A stretch of DNA of 63,463 nucleotides, counting the filler, from Reticulomyxa filosa (lineage: Eukaryota; Protista; Foraminifera): assembly GCA_000512085.1 (NCBI GenBank). It is 19 parts of 19 records of this genome, joined end to end, with 100 filler letters (N's around TTAATTAATTAA, not from the genome) between each part and the next. Parts side by side here need not be neighbours in the genome. Positions count along the whole stretch, not along the records: positions 58,507 to 63,463 come from ASPP01002149.1; 18 more parts are not named here. One strand, written 5' to 3'. Below are positions 62,400-63,463 of the stretch, in pieces. The notes under the pieces were generated by a model. It was not told the DNA's origin and searched no databases. It was given only the letters and a program-made list of their open reading frames with translations. A program made the translations under genes and the position numbers. Numbering within the stretch: position 1 is the first letter of the stretch; every line of letters begins with the position of its first letter.

Positions 62400-63268
62400 T
62401 ATTTTAATAACTGGAGCAGCTGGTTTTTTAGGGTATGCGTTAGCTTCAAAATTAGCTAATGAAAGTAATAATAAAGTAATCATAGTCGATAGCTTTATTC
62501 GTAGTAGATGAATATTATCAAGAATTAGCAAAAAGGAATAATGTTGTAAGAATTGATACAGATTTGAATTATTGGGATAATGTTAAAAATTTACCAGATT
62601 CTATAGATATTATTTACCATTTAGCAGCATTAAATGGAACCCAGAATTTTTATGCAAAACCTTTTGAAGTTGTTAGATGCTGTACATTGCCAACTATGCA
62701 TCTGTTAGAAAAATACATAGTTTCAAAAAAAATTAAGAAATTTATATATGCAGGAACCTCAGAAAGCTATGCTTCAACAATTACAAAATTTAATTGGGAA
62801 GTTCTTACAGGAGAAGATGTAGTGTTGAGTATTGAGGATGCTTTCAATAGTAGATGATCATACGGCGCTTCAAAAATGCATGGGGAAATAGCTACCATTA
62901 ATTGTTGCAATAATTACAATATACCTTTTTCTATTATGCGATATCATAATGCTTACGGCCCAAGAATGGGAGATAAACATATCATTCCAGATTTTCTACA
63001 AAGAGCAAAAGCAGGGATCTACTCTCTATATGGATTTAATAATACTCGATCTTTTATTTATGTAGATGATGCTGTAGCCGCAACAATTAAGGTGGGGAAA
63101 TCTGAAAGGACAAATGGCCAAGTGATAAATATTGGTTCTGAATTAGAAGTATCAATGATGGATTTAGCCAAAATGATTATGAAAATCATTGGTAAATCAG
63201 ATGAAAAAATAGAATTATATCCAGCACCTCAAGGAAGTGTTTTAAGGAGAGTCTTTACCAATAGGTAG
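62392..63268 (+). pseudogene. NAD-dependent nucleotide-sugar epimerase/dehydratase, disrupted (frameshift about 62507, TGA 62855-62857, C-terminus missing)
   Basis: ILITGAAGFLG, YHLAA, R*SYGASK (YxxxK), RYHNAYGPRM, TRSFIYVDDAV; start overlaps the GT stop. Confidence 0.92.
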
Positions 63269-63269
63269 T

Positions 63270-63463
63270 TATACCATTTCCCGCAGTTAAATTAGTAAAT
63301 AGCTAACCGAACAAAGATTTTTAAGTTGTTCTTTGGTTATCTGTCTAATAAAAGTACAAACAGCTTCTTCTAAAGCTTGGATTATTTCATAAACTTTATT
63401 TCTAATGATATGTGATTTTAAATAGCGCCACAAACGCTCTACTGGATTCAATTCAGGAGAATA
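63270..63463 (-). mobile_element. IS630-family insertion sequence, 3' end (transposase C-terminus 63463-63287)
   Basis: YSPELNPVERLWRYFKSHIIRNKVY...LEEAVC...* followed by a terminus at TA (63270-63271). Confidence 0.9.

Noticed and set aside
62855-62857. TGA=Trp recoding (genetic code 4) in the AT-rich bacterium, suggested by TGA at a conserved Trp and the in-frame TGA at 58992
   Set aside because: All six Trp codons of the intact GT4 gene and those in DUF2971 are TGG, and the gene with the TGA is also frameshifted and truncated, so a TGG-to-TGA nonsense mutation is simpler
53244-63463. Horizontal transfer of bacterial genes into the eukaryote, or a functional link between the RNF213-like gene and the adjacent LPS operon
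   Set aside because: Spacers separate each bacterial segment from eukaryotic DNA, so adjacency is an artefact of concatenation

Overview
This window is not one locus. It is 19 unrelated short contigs joined by 18 identical 100-nt artificial spacers (N44-TTAATTAATTAA-N44, with stops in all six frames), so adjacency across a spacer has no biological meaning. Seventeen contigs are AT-rich, intron-containing eukaryotic DNA. Their expanded WD40, Kelch-like, TRAF-like and 7TM families resemble the foraminiferan Reticulomyxa filosa (Rhizaria); this is my recognition, not a database result. They encode housekeeping genes (transketolase, SSRP1/Pob3, SAM synthetase, a sulfatase, a Rho GTPase, a fimbrin-like protein, KH/WW/C2/PDZ proteins), two decayed Tc1-like transposons and a gag relic. 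Two contigs are bacterial. One is GC-rich and betaproteobacterial-like (dedA, FKBP, DUF2189). The other is AT-rich and endosymbiont-like, with a truncated plasmid Rep, a DUF2971 gene, a decaying polysaccharide/LPS operon and an IS630 end. Best leads, invisible or fragmented in the ORF track: (1) a ~35-aa single-exon module (W-x7-LGW-x2-[DE]F-x6-Y) found four times, N-terminal to WD40 propellers and C-terminal to Kelch propellers, suggesting a shuffled adaptor box on an expanded receptor repertoire; (2) an intact 3-exon PD-(D/E)xK nuclease + SAP-like + minimal kinase gene of Crinkler-effector architecture; (3) an RNF213-like C-terminus with a catalytically degenerate RZ finger; (4) a kinesin that has lost both switch I Arg and switch II Glu, apparently fused to a BAH domain. 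Many single-base frameshifts lie in homopolymers and may be sequencing errors. All domain calls come from reading motifs by eye.
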